From Centroscyllium fabricii (taxonomy: Eukaryota): a DNA stretch of 64,000 bases. Below, one piece after another: positions 12,258 through 23,987 of this stretch. Position 1 is the stretch's first letter. Every line of letters starts with the position of its first letter. Both the position numbers and the translations under genes were made by a program. The notes under the pieces were generated by a model, which saw only the letters and a program-made list of their open reading frames with translations, searched no databases and was not told where the DNA came from. The stretch covers positions 260,896,001 through 260,960,000 of the forward strand of contig JBNRSN020000001.1 of the NCBI GenBank assembly GCA_051313645.2, given 5' to 3'.

Positions 12258-14156
12258 CGGTCCCCCAGGCAGACACGACTGCCGGAGAGACTAAGAACGC
12301 AATGCTAATTATTAATGGACATATAGAGTTTTTTTTTACCAGAAGGCACGTTCACCCCGCCGGACTTGTTTTTAAAGAAGGGGTGAATGTGGTAATCGTG
12401 TAAATACCACTGTAAATAGTTTATGGCACCTTGGTATTGTATTGTAGGCCAGGTCAGCCACGCCCCTAACTCCTCCCCTCAGGTCGGAGCATATAGGTGA
12501 GGGCTGCCCTGCCCCTGCTCATTCTTCGCCTTGAACTCATCAGGAGACCAGCTCCATTGTTAGTTAATAAAAGCCTGTAGTTTAGGTAACTACTCGTCTT
12601 TGCGTTTTAATTGACGATACGTCACAGATCACCAACAACGATGAGTCAGCCTACAGGGACGAGATTCAGCGCCTTATGGGATGGTGTGCTGATAACAACC
12701 TGGCACTGAACACCAAGAAAACCAAGGAGATCATAGTGGACTTCTGGAAGACTAAAAGCAGAAGACACACCCCCATCTTCATCCAAGGGGCTGAGGTGGA
12801 AAGGGTGTCCAGCTTCAAGTTCCTCGGGGTCCACATCTCGGAAGACCTCTCCTGGTCACTAAACACCTCCTCTCTGATTAAGAAGGCCCAATAGCGCCTG
12901 TACTTCCTAAGGAAGCTGAAAAAAGCCAAGCTGTCATCCGGCATCCTCACCAACTTCTACCGCTGCACAATCGAAAGCATACTGACAAACTGCATCACAG
13001 TCTGGTATGGGAACTGCACCATCTCGGACCGGATGGCCCTGCAGCGGGTAGTCAAAACTGCCCAACGAATCACCGGCACCCAGCTACCGTCAATCGAACG
13101 CACCTACCTCAAACGTTGCCTACGGAGGTCTCTGAACATTATTAAAGACCCCACACACCCCAGCCACAGTCTGTTTGCCCCCTGCCCTCCGGGAGATGCT
13201 ACAGATCAATCCGTACCCGCACAACCAGATTCAAGAACAGCTTCTTCCCCAGGGCTGTCAGTCTCCTGAACTCTAACAAAAAACTCCAGTATCTGCACAC
13301 CTGAAATGTACTTTAGTGTATGAAATTGCATGTAACTTATTTGCACTACTCTCGGGAGCGGCGAGTCTTCGTTTCGTTGTATTGTACTAGTACTCTGCAA
13401 TGACAAAAAAACTTGAATTGAATTGAGTGGTAACCCCCAGGATGTTCAGAAGTGAAAGTGAGATATTAGACACAGTCAAATTGCAAAGGTATATGGGGAG
13501 TGGGTAGGAGGTGGGTGCTGGATTTGGATGATCAGCCATGATATTGTCAAAATGGCGGAGCAGGCTCGAAGGGCCGAATGGCCTACTCCTGCTCCTATCT
13601 TCTGTGTTTCTGTGTAAGAAAGATAGACCACGAGCAGTGGAAATTGGAAATAGAAACTGAAAACCCACAGTAGGTCAGTCAGCACCTGAAGAAGATTCTG
13701 GGTGAGAATCTTTGTCAGAACTGGGTAAACAAAAGTTACAGTTTCGGCATCAGGACAGCATCTGAGTTGCTTGGATTAGATTAGTCACTCTGAGGAACTG
13801 TTCCTATGTCTGGATCCAGTGGATTGAAATGATTTTCGGCTTTGGCTCAAATAATTGTCAAATGTCTGACAATCACAGCGACCCCTTTGTGTTACTGACC
13901 CCCAAAATTGATGAGAGTGTGGCGGTACGCCGGCTGGCGAATCCGCCTCGGGAGTACTGCGGGGCATAGCCCCGCCCACCGGGTGACGCGATGACGTCAC
14001 CACGTCTCTCGGCGTGATGAGGTCACGAGCGGCGGGTAGTTTAAATAAGCCTGCTCCTCGTGGTTCAGTCTCTTTCTTGTTATGTAGTGTTAATTAAACA
14101 AGTTTTATCTCTCTCTCCGGCTCCTGTGTGGTTCTTGGGTCCTGCAAGCGCTACAG

Positions 14157-14169
14157 TGGTGACCCCGAC
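14157..14169 (+). promoter_or_regulatory. Primer binding site complementary to tRNA-Trp 3' end
   Basis: TGGTGACCCCGAC 1 nt after the 5' LTR of element B. Confidence 0.85.
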
Positions 14170-14246
14170 TTGGAACGTCTTCCAAGGAGAAAACAGCAGC
14201 TACAGGACTGAAAACCAAGCAGCCTCAGAACACTTTCAAAAACAAC

Positions 14247-17200
14247 ATGACTTCCAGAAACCAAGCTTCTCGTTCACAAGGACTTGGCCAGAACCCCGGG
14301 CACAGACTAACTCTACCGGAGTTCTGGGAGCAACGCCCGGCAGCGTGGTTTATGTGTATAGAGACCAGCTGCCGCACACATGGCATCCAGGGGGACGACC
14401 GCTACGACCTGGTCTTTTCGGCCCTACCACAATCGACGATCGATCGGATGTGGTCGAAGCTACAGCGCGTGCCCGCAGCAGGCAGGTATGAATTTCTCAA
14501 GGCCGCGCTACTTAAAAAATTCACCCCCTCCCAGTTCGAGCGCGACTGCCAACTCGTTAACCTCCCCAAACTCGGGGACGCAGACCCATCGGACCTTTGG
14601 GGCCAAATGCAAGTGCTCACCGCCGATCCCGCCTCCCTGTTCGGCACCATATTCCTCCTTAAACTGCCCCCCTCCATCAGACCGGCCCTGGCGGCCTTCT
14701 GCCACCGGAGCGGGGACGAGCTAGCCGAGGAAGCCGACAGGCTCATGGCGGCCGAGCGCACCCGCTCCGCCACGTGCGACCTCACTGCCGCGGCAGTCGA
14801 GCCCACCCACTCGCCCCCCAGGTCCAACCCAACGCCTGAACCCAGACCCCCGCGCCCTCCCAAGCAACCGCTCCATCAAGCACCGGTTGGTGCTACTACC
14901 ACACGCGGTTCGACACCAAAGCGCACCGCTGCGTCCAGCCCTGCACGTTCAAGCCACGGCCCGGCCCAGCCCCCACTATGTCTGTAGGACACACCGGAGC
15001 ACTGCTCTACGTCACAGACAACGGCACAGGCCTCCGGTTCCTCTGCGACACAGGCGCACAGCACAGCATCGTGCCAGCCTCCCCCGCAGAAGCCAAAAAA
15101 GGCACCCGGGGCCCGCCACTCGCGGCGGCCAACGGCTCGGACATCAAAACGTACGGCACCCGCAAGCTAACAATCCAGCTTGCCGGCCACACGTACCAAT
15201 GGGAGTTTGTCACGGCCCAGGTCACTTCACCCCTCCTCGGGGCAGATTTCCTCTGCGCCCACGGCCTCCTGGTCGACATGACCCGGCGCCGCCTGGTCGA
15301 CATTCAAAATATGTCGACCATCCCATGCTCCACAGGGCCCGCACTCCTGGCCCACGCGGCGGCACAATGCCGTGCCCGGAACTCTGACGCGTACGGCTCG
15401 CTCCTCGCTGAGTTCCCAGCCCTTACCAATCCCACCTTCACCGCCCGCACGGCCAAACACGGGGTGGAACACTTTATCACCACCACCGGCCCTCCCGTGC
15501 ATGCCCACGCCCGCAGACTGGACCCGCCCAAGCTGGAGATTGCGCGCACCGAGTTCCGCACTATGGAGCAACTCGGCATAATCTGCCGCTCCAGCAGCCC
15601 CTGGGCCTCTCCCCTCCACATCGCCCCCAAGCCGGGCGGGGGTTGGCGCCCCTGCGGCGACTACCGCCGCCTCAACAATGCCACCACCCCGGATAGGTAC
15701 CCCATACCCCACATCCAGGATTTCTCCGCCAGGCTAGCGGGTTGCACGGTCATCTCCAAGATCGACCTGGTGCGTGGCTACCACCAGGTCCCGGTGCACC
15801 CGGCGGATGTCCCTAAGACAGCCGTAATTACCCCCTTCGGCCTGTTCGAGTTCCTCAGGATGCCCTTTGGACTCAAAAACGCGGCCCAGGCCTTTCAGCG
15901 CCTAATGGACAGTTCATTTTCGTCTACTAAGACGACATCCTCGTGGCCAGCACCTCCCCCCAGGAGCACCTCCTGCATCTCAGGACCCTGTTCCAGCGCC
16001 TGACCGAACACGGCCTCATATTAAGCCCCTCTAAATGCAAATTCGGCCTAGATATTATAGACTTCCTGGGCCACCGCATTTCCAAAACCGGGGCCATACC
16101 CCTGCCCTCCAAAGTGCAGGCAGTTCAGGAATTCCCCCGCCCGCACTCCATTAAGGGCCTGCAGGAGTTCCTCGGGATGGTTAACTTCTATAACCGCTTC
16201 ATCCCAGGGGCAGCCGCTCTCATGGCCCCCCTATACCAGGCCACACGCGGGCAGTCCGGCAAAACTGCGGTCGAGTGGACGGCCGACGCCGCCACCGCGT
16301 TTACCGCAACCAAGACCGCCCTGGCCAACGCCACTCTCCTAGCCCACCCCAGGCCCAACGCCAGAGTGGCCCTCACCACTGACGCCTCCGACCACGCTAT
16401 CGGGGCCGTTTTCGAACAGTGGGTGGGCGGGCAACTCCTGGCAGCCCCTGGCCTTTTTCAGCCGGCAACTATGGCCCCCGGAGGTCAAGTACAGCGCCTT
16501 CGACAGGGAGCTCCTCGCTCTGTACCTCGCTGTGCGCCATTTTCGCTTCCTCCTGGAGGGCCGTCCCTTCACAGCTTTCGTCGATCATAAGCCGCTCATA
16601 TTTGCAATGGCTAAGATCGCCGAACCCTGGTCGGCCAGGCAGCAGCGCCAACTCGCAGCCGTGTCGGAGTTCACTACCGACATCCAACACATCTCCGGCC
16701 GCGACAACGTGGTTGCTGACTGCCTGTCACGTCCCACCATTAACGCCACCCAAATGGCGGTCGACTACGCCAAGCTGGCAGCAGACCAGCTGGCAGACCC
16801 AGACCTGCTCGACCCAGCAGAAAACCTCCCTGGCCTACGCTTGGCCAACATCGCACATGGCCCCGCGGCCACCGTAGTCTGCTGCGACGTATCGTTACCG
16901 CAGCCCAGACCCGTCGTCCCCCACGCATGGAGGCGGCGCATTTTCGAGACCCTCCATGGCCTGTCCCACCCCGGCACCCGTGCCTCCATTAAACTTATTT
17001 CGGCCCGTTTTGTGTGGCGCGGCCTACGCAAAGACGTCCGTGCCTGGACCAACACCTGCATCGCCTGCCAGCGCGCCAAAGTGCACAAGCACATCAAGGC
17101 CCCGCTGGAAACGTTTACCGTGCCGGCCAGGCGCTTCGACCACGTCCATGTCGATCTCGTCGGACCACTGCCGCCATCCCGGGGCCACACACACGTCATG

Positions 17201-18056
17201 ACCATGGTCGACCGCAACACTCGCTGGCCAGAAGCAGTCCCCCTGGTTTGCTACCAACACCACGGACCTGGCCAGGGCGTTCATCGCGACTTGGGTCGCC
17301 CGTTTCGGCGTGCCCACCGACATCACTTCGGACAGAGGTCCCCAATTTACGTCGGCACTATGGGCGGCCATCGCCCATGACCTCGGGGTGACCCTGCATA
17401 GAACCACCGCGTACCACCCACAAGCTAACGGGCTCTGCGAAAGGTTCCACCGCTCCATGAAAGCATCCCTGCGGGCCAGCCTCAAAGATGCATCATGGAC
17501 AGACCGTCTTCCTTGGGTACTGCTCGGACTACGCTCGGCGGCCAAAGAAGATTTGCACGCCTCAGCAGCGGAACTCGTCTACGGCCAGACTTTAAGAGTG
17601 CCGGGCGAGTTTCTCGCCGAATCAAACGCTCCCTGGTCGGCCGACCAGTTCCTCAAGGACTTTGCCAACCCGGCACGAGCGTTCACACCCTTACCGGTGG
17701 CCCGGCATGGAGAGCCGGCGGCACGTGTACCGGACAGCATCAAGCACGCAAAGTACGTGTTCGTCCGGCACAACGCCCATCGTTCACCTCTACGGCCACC
17801 TTACGACGGCCCCTACAGAGTGCTTCGGGCGGGATCCAAAGCTTTTCAGCTACAGCTGGGCAATCGGACAGAAACTGTCTTCATCGACCGGCTGAAACCA
17901 GCACACATAATAGCGGGCGACGCGACAGTCCCCGCCCAACCACCTCAACGCGGACGCCCTCCCGCACCAACACCCGCCCACACTCCACCGCAGCACCAGG
18001 AGCAACGCACGACACGTGCCGGCCGCATCTTACGGCCACCACGACGCCTCGCATAA
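14247..18056 (+). pseudogene. gag-pol of element B (frameshifted; RT motif broken: TAC TAA GAC GAC near 15925)
   Basis: FLCDTGA protease; PWASPLH, GDYRRLN, RMPFGL RT; TTDAS RNase H; HGLSHPG..CIAC, HVDLVGP, TSDRG integrase; GPY motif. Confidence 0.92.
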
Positions 18057-18499
18057 GACTCTTTTTCCTCTCGGACGGATTCTGGGGGGAGCTGTGTGGC
18101 GGTACGCCGGCTGGCGAATCCGCCTCGGGAGTACTGCGGGGCATAGCCCTGCCCACCGGGTGACGCGATGACGTCACCACGTCTCTCGGCGTGATGAGGT
18201 CACGAGCGGTGGGTAGTTTAAATAAGCCTGCTCCTCGTGGTTCAGTCTCTTTCTTGTTATGTAGTGTTAATTAAACAAGTGTTATCTGTCTCTCCGGCTC
18301 CTGTGTGGTTCTTGGGTCCTGCAAGCGCTACAAGAGCATAATTGCCCTCTTCTCCTCTCCCAGTGCAAAATATATACAGGTCTAAGTGGTGCTCTCCCTG
18401 AATATTCTTGTGGATGAAAATAAATTTACGGCTTTCTTATTCGGGAGAAGCAACGTTCCACCTTTGGCATTCTGCAGCTTGGCGTCGACAGAACCATCG

Positions 18500-19486
18500 A
18501 TCTCATACTCACTGGAGTTTAGAAGATTGAGAGGGGATCTCATCGAAACCTATAAAATTCTGTCAGGCCTGGATAGACTAGATGCTGGAAGGATGTTCCT
18601 GATGGTCGGGGAGTCCAGAACCAGGGGTCAGAGTCTAAGGATAAGGGGTAAGCCATTTAGCACAGAGATGAGGAGGAATTTCTTCACCCAGAGAGTGGTG
18701 AACCTGTGGAATTCTCTACCACAGAAGGCAGTAGAGGCCAATTCAATTCAATTCAATTCAAATTGCTTTATTGGCATGACAAGATACATCTTATGTTGCC
18801 AAAGCACAGAAAAAGGACAAATACAATTGAACATACAAACGCAGGTCCAGACATACAGTGAATGGATAAATATGCAAACGTATACATAAATACACCAATA
18901 TAAATCTCATATAACATACAAACGCAGATCTAGACATACAGTGAATGGATAGCTATGCAAACACATACATATATACCCACATATAAATCTCATGTGCTCT
19001 TCTTAGCTTCAGTGGTCACTGGTTGTCCCTCTGCTTATGGCAAGCTGTGACGTAGTTTGCCGCTAATTTTATACAGTCACTCTGTTCCCCCAATAGATAT
19101 GTGAGTTTTTGGTGCTCGTTCAAATTTTTGAATTCAGGGCATGTTTTTACGAATTTTGGGTAGAAATTCCCCCTTTATGTCCTGATAGTTTTCACAAGTT
19201 GTGAGGAAATGCAGCTCTGTCTCCACCACTCCCTGACTGCAGTGGGAGCACAGCCTTTCCTCTCTGGGCAGCCAAGTCTGTCTGTGTCTTATTAAATATT
19301 CATTAAATATATTCAAGAAGGAGTTGGATATATTTCTTAAGGCTAAAGGGATCAAGGGATATGGGGAGAAGGCAGGGACAGGGTACTGGGTTTGAATGAT
19401 CAGCCATGATCTCATTGAATGGCGGAGCAGGCTCGAGGGGCCGAATGGCCTACTCCTGCTCCTATCTTCTATGTTTCTATGTTTCT
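18500..19486 (+). mobile_element. CR1 LINE 3' end, split by an antisense LINE fragment
   Basis: YSLEFRRLRGDLIETYKIL...KAVEA at 18500-18740 resumes attcattaaatatattcaag near 19298 and runs to the CR1 tail. Confidence 0.85.
18741..19295 (-). mobile_element. Non-LTR retrotransposon 3' end with C-terminal zinc knuckle (RTE-X-like)
   Basis: RHRQTWLPREERLCSHC..VETELHFLTTC; minus-strand AATAAA plus (TTGAA)n tail at 18741-18772; clade tentative. Confidence 0.6.
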
Positions 19487-20239
19487 CACGATTCCTGGAT
19501 TACTAGTCCAGTAACATAACCACTATACTACCGTCCTCCTGTTTGCTGCTTCTGTCTTTGACCTGTTGTTGAGAGTTGATTCTCGTGGGCCTTGCTGTAC
19601 AAGGTTTTGCTAAATATCCCCTCTTATTTCGCAGTTGGGAAGAAATGTTCAAAGCGCTGAACTACAAATCACTAACCACGGTTCGAGATTACATCTCCTC
19701 AGTGGAAGGCCCCCCATTTACTTCGGTTCATTTATCACCATAACATTTCATATGCACAGTACCGCTTCCATTATTGTAGCATTTTTCACTCTCTAATTCC
19801 TGTGATTGTAACCACATTGCTGGAGATTTCTAAGAGAAAATGTTCCGCGCTCCTCCGCTGACAGCTGTCTGTGTGTAACTGATGTATGTATGGCTCCTCT
19901 TGCAGAGATACATATGCATTAGCTCTATCGGCACCTGCTGAGTGAGAACCTGGCCTTTGGAAATCTCCAATTGGAAGAAATTATCAGGTGAAAAATGCGA
20001 CAATAAACTGCGGGCCTGCAGTCCTGTAAAAGTATTAAAGTTTGACTCAATCAGGAAATAAGTAGGAATGTGGCTTCCTACCACATAAATCTATCTGTGA
20101 CACTACGCTAAATAGCGCTGAAGATATTATAAGTTGTTTTTTTAGATTTTATGTCGAGATATGCAGATAGTGTAATTTTTTTTCATGTTCTGTACCTTTA
20201 TGTGCTGCATATAAAATGCTGTATCGCAGGTAACTCTCC

Positions 20240-20420
20240 GATCAGGTGCACCCGTCCCACAGGTCGGCCGGTCTCATCCTTTTGCAAAATTAGAAAATGA
20301 CCTCTCTGCGCCATTTTCCCTTACTCACCCGGCGCTGCTCGCTGTCACTGCGCTCCCTGAAGTGCTCGCCTCTCCCCCTCTGCACGTTCCCCGTTGCCAC
20401 TCTGCCTCCTGAGGAACGTG
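20240..20420 (-). promoter_or_regulatory. CpG-rich segment; candidate non-coding first exon of a minus-strand transcript
   Basis: Non-repeat GC-rich patch; minus-strand donor CGG|GTGAGTAA (ttactcacccgg 20321-20332); YY1-type gcgccatttt at 20308. Confidence 0.3.
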
Positions 20421-20785
20421 CAGTGTCAGCCGCGGCTCAGTGGGTAGCGCTCTCGCCTCTGGGTCAGAAGGTCGTGGGTTCACAGCCCCCACTCCAGGGA
20501 CTGGAGCACATAAAGCTAGGCTGACACTCCCAGTGCAGTGCTGAGGGAGTGCTGCACTGTCGGAGGTGCTGTCTTTCGGATGAGACGTTAAACCGAGGCC
20601 CCATCTGCTCTCTCAGGTGGACGTAAAAGATCCCATGGCGCTATTTCGAAGAAGAGCGGAGGAGTTATCGCCGGTGTCCTGGCCAATATTTATCCCTCAA
20701 CCGAAAAAACCCAGATTATCTGGTCATGATCACGTTTGTGGGAGCTTGCTGTGCGCAAATTGGCTGCCGCGTTTCCCACATTACA

Positions 20786-22177
20786 TGCTGTTTGTAGGCT
20801 ATATTAATGATTTAGATATGAATGTAAAAGGCATGATCAGTAAGTTTGCAGATGACACAAAAGTTAGGGGGTTGGTAAATACTGAGGAGGAAATCCGCAA
20901 CATGCAGGACGACATAGATGAGTTGGTCAGATGGGCGGAACAGTGGCAAATGGAATTTAACCCTGAAAAGTGTGAGGTGATGCATTTCGGTAGGTCTAAC
21001 ATGGCATGGGAATACACCATCAATGGTAGGACGCTAGGGAAGACAGAGGATCAGAGGGACCTTGGTGTGCAGGTACATAGGTCCCTGAAGGCAGCAGGAC
21101 AGGTGGATAAGGTGGTTAAAAAGGCATATGGGATACTTGCCTTCATTAGCCGAGGCATAGAATATAAGAGCAGGGAGGTTATGATGGAGCTGTACAAAAC
21201 ACTGGTAAGAACACAGCTGGAATACTGTGTGCAGTTCTGGTCGCCACACTATAGGAAGGATGTAATAGCTTTGGAGAGGGTGCAGAGGAGATTCACCAGG
21301 ATGCTGCCTGGGCTGGGGAGCTTCAGCTATGAAGAGAGACTGGAGAGGCTGGGGTTGTTTTCCTTGGAGCAGAGGAGTCTGAGGGGGGACCTGATTGAGG
21401 TGTACAAAATTATATGGGGAATAGATAGGGTCGATGGAGTGGAACTTTTTCCCTTGGTTGAGGGGTCAATAACTAGGGGGCATAATTTCAGGGTAAGGGG
21501 CAGGCGGTATCGTGGGGATGTGAGGAAGAACTTTTTCACCCAGAGGGTGGTTGGAGTCTGGAACTCACTGTCTGAGCGGGTGGTAGAAACATAGAAACAT
21601 AGAAGATAGGAGCAGGAGTAGGCCATTCAGCCCTTCGAGCCTGCTCCACCATTCAATGAGATCATGGCTGATCATCCAAACCCAGTACCCTGTCCCTGCC
21701 TTGTCCCCATATCCCTCGATCCCTATCGAGCCTGCACCGACACATATCCCACCCTAACCCTGTAACCCCACACATTCAATCCCCCTAACACTAAGGGTCA
21801 ATTTATCATGGCCAATCAACCTAACCTGCACATCTTTGGACTGTGGGAGGAAACCGGAGCTCCCGGAGGAAACCCACGCAGACACGGGGAGAATGTGCAA
21901 ACTCCACACAGATAGTACCCAAGGCTGGATTTGAACCCGGGTCTCTAGTGCTGTAAGGCAACAGTGCTAACCACTATGCCACCGTGCCGTCCATAGAGGC
22001 GGAAACCATCACAACATTCAAGAAGCATTTGGATGAGCACTTGAAATGCCACAGCATACAAGGCTACGGACTAAATGTGGGAAAATGGGAGTAGTATAGT
22101 CTGGGATTGATGGGCAGCACGGACGTGATGGGCCGAAGGGCCTCTTTCTGTGCTGTATTACTTTATGACTCTATGAC
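20786..22177 (+). mobile_element. CR1 LINE (RT C-terminal half) inserted in the DeuSINE
   Basis: YINDLD...ISKFADDTK...[15 protein letters not shown]...LEYCVQFWSPHYRKD; tail (ctatgact)n. Confidence 0.9.
21586..21992 (-). mobile_element. HE1-type V-SINE inserted in the CR1
   Basis: Reverse complement of the full HE1 head, V-domain and tail. Confidence 0.9.
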
Positions 22178-22530
22178 AACAGTGACTCCACTTCAAAAGT
22201 ACTTAATTGACTGTAAAGCGCTTTGAGATGTCTGGTGGTCATGAAAGGTGCTATATAAATGCAAGTCTTTCATTTCGCTGCCCGGTGAGGTGCTTCTGCC
22301 TGTTACCTTGCTTGTAGCAGTGTTCTGCCTTCGTGCTACCCTGGTTCTGGAGTTTCTCTCCCTCTGTGCTGCCTTGATTCTAATGTCCTTGAGTCTTTGT
22401 TATCCTGCTACCTTGATTCTAGCACCATCCTTTGTTGACCTGGTTCGAGAGGTGTTTGAATGGCTGAACTCGACATTGCACTCTAACATTGGTCTCCTAA
22501 TAAAGAAAAGTGTGAAATTCACACTACTGG

Positions 22531-23525
22531 TGTCACGGGGTGCCTGTTCCTTTAAATATTAGAAACTGTTTTTGCTGTTGCTCCACAGCTGTTTCAAGGA
22601 ATAGGTTCCCTTGTTATGTAATTAACTGTTCAATTATCTATGTATGTGCTAGTTGTGCTCTGCTCTCATCCCCTCAGGATTATTGGCTATCACCCAATAG
22701 GGTACTTGCTGGGTTTTGGTATTTAATCAGGAGGTTGGCTGAGAGCAGATGCGGGATCATTTGATGGTAATGCGTCTTGGGACTGGATATCCATTATTCA
22801 TTCTACAGGCCACTGGAAGGAGGTGGTTTACTGCTGTTGTGCTGAGTGGCCGTCAGAGGCAAGGAGGTTGCAGATCGACTGACTCAGCTTGTACTTGTAC
22901 TCTGCTATTTCAGGTGCTCAGGCTGGGTTGCCCAACAGGGGCATTGGGGTGGAACTCATTTCCCTCCACCTTGACAGTGCGCCCTGCTATTGGGAACTCA
23001 GCAATGGACATTCATCTGTTTGGTAAGGGAGTCCCCCTGCCAGTAGACCTGGTGCGCTACTGCCTGATTGCCATGGGGTTAAGTCTCTGTGACGAAGCAG
23101 AAGAAGTAGGTCGGACCCATTTCTACTACTTGGACATTCATTTCTTCATCCGAACTCTGGTTTGGACATTGGTAATCTGGAAGCATAAGCTGTTCCCAAA
23201 TCCTCTACGTAGAGGGTGGATTGAGATGTCATGCTCGCTGAGGAGGACTTGCTCGGTTCTCTTTAGGTTGGACAGTTATGCCTGGACTGGTATTCTTTGG
23301 GAGAATGGCGCGCTGGATTGCGTGGCACCCCTCTATTCATTGCTCGCTGTGTTGGGAAGTCTGTGCCAGTCTGTTTATAAGACTTGTGTTAAATATGTGT
23401 CCAATATAATTGTATGTTTTTGGTATTCGATAGTGTTTTAGTAATAAAGGAGTTTAGTTTTATAGACGTTTCAGTGTCTCTGCATATGGGCCCCGCCTTC
23501 ATTCCACTAACACCCAACCGTTACA
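22531..23525 (+). mobile_element. 995-bp solo LTR
   Basis: tgtcacgg...ccgttaca ends, 5-bp TSD ACTGG (22526-22530, 23526-23530), AATAAA at 23443; related to LTR at 59118. Confidence 0.88.
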
Positions 23526-23605
23526 ACTGGGGCTGGTATACCGAGCACTGTGCGGCCTCCTCATTTTATTAACACATTGGACTTCTTCTCTTTGTATTTC
23601 TGCAG

Positions 23606-23749
23606 CTCCACAACAAAATGTGACACCAGACGGAGATGCTCCTGGGCTGGAACTAAGAAGCTGCAGCAGGCGGACACCATCGAATGCCCAGCAATCTAAG
23701 GGGGCCATTTTGTTAGATTTGTGGCTGAAGTTTTGAACACGGAGCAGAG
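23606..23749 (+). other. 5' UTR part of the STAG2-like first coding exon, with three uORFs
   Basis: Acceptor tctctttgtatttctgcag ends 23605; uORFs ATG-TGA 23618-23623, 23636-23656, 23684-23716. Confidence 0.6.
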
Positions 23750-23793
23750 ATGATAGCAGAACCAGAGCTATCCAGCAGAATCTCCTTCCAAAA
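23750..23793 (+). CDS. STAG2: Cohesin subunit SA-2-like, coding exon 1 (MIAEPELSSRISFQK)
   Basis: 44 nt then GTAAGG donor, phase 2; resembles STAG2 MIAAPE.. start, whose first coding exon I recall as 44 nt. Confidence 0.8.
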
Positions 23794-23987
23794 GTAAGGA
23801 GCTTTGGCTGCATCTTAAAAGAGGACCAGTGTGATTTAATTTGGGTGGGATGGTGGTGGGCGGGGTGGGTGGGGGCGGCGGGGGGGTGCGGGGAAGATTC
23901 TAGTAGAATCAATCCCAGAACAATCTTCTCCTAAAACCTTACTTAAAACCTGTCAGGTTGACCATCTTGGCAAATTGGCATTCCAGC

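Larger units (their letters stand above)
7785..12624 (+). mobile_element. Ty3/Gypsy LTR retrotransposon A (Mag-like, two CCHC knuckles), full length, decayed
   Basis: 237-bp LTRs 7785-8021 and 12388-12624 (about 7 differences), TG..CA, TSD CAGAT; PPT aaagaaggggtgaa; order Gag-PR-RT-RH-IN. Confidence 0.96.
7659..13425 (+). mobile_element. Rex1/Babar-type LINE (5' truncated), split by Gypsy element A
   Basis: GAPQGCVLSPLLYSLFT...IKFADDTTVVGQ at 7659-7784 resumes ITNNDESAYRDEIQ at 12625; (TTGAA)n tail; homologous to 53163-54125. Confidence 0.85.
13918..18332 (+). mobile_element. Ty3/Gypsy LTR retrotransposon B, CsRn1-like clade, full length, decayed
   Basis: 238-bp LTRs 13918-14155 and 18095-18332 (about 4 differences), 4-bp TSD AGAG, tRNA-Trp PBS, CHCC Gag motif CYYHTRFDTKAHRCVQPC, PPT ggggggag. 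Confidence 0.95.
20423..22270 (+). mobile_element. DeuSINE (SacSINE1/AmnSINE1-related), split: 20423-20785 and about 22178-22270
   Basis: tRNA-like head; Deu-domain gctgtctttcggatgagacgttaaaccgagg...aaagatcccatggc...gtgtcctggccaa; L2-like tail aaaggtgctatataaatgcaag. Confidence 0.8.

Noticed and set aside
19906-19987. Plus-strand AG..GT segment as an upstream STAG exon
   Set aside because: Stops in all frames and only splice dinucleotides as evidence; could be UTR but unsupported
22749-23441. 230-aa ORF (and 184-aa ORF 59403-59957) as env or accessory gene
   Set aside because: Both lie inside LTRs, show no recognisable motif and are not similar to each other as proteins
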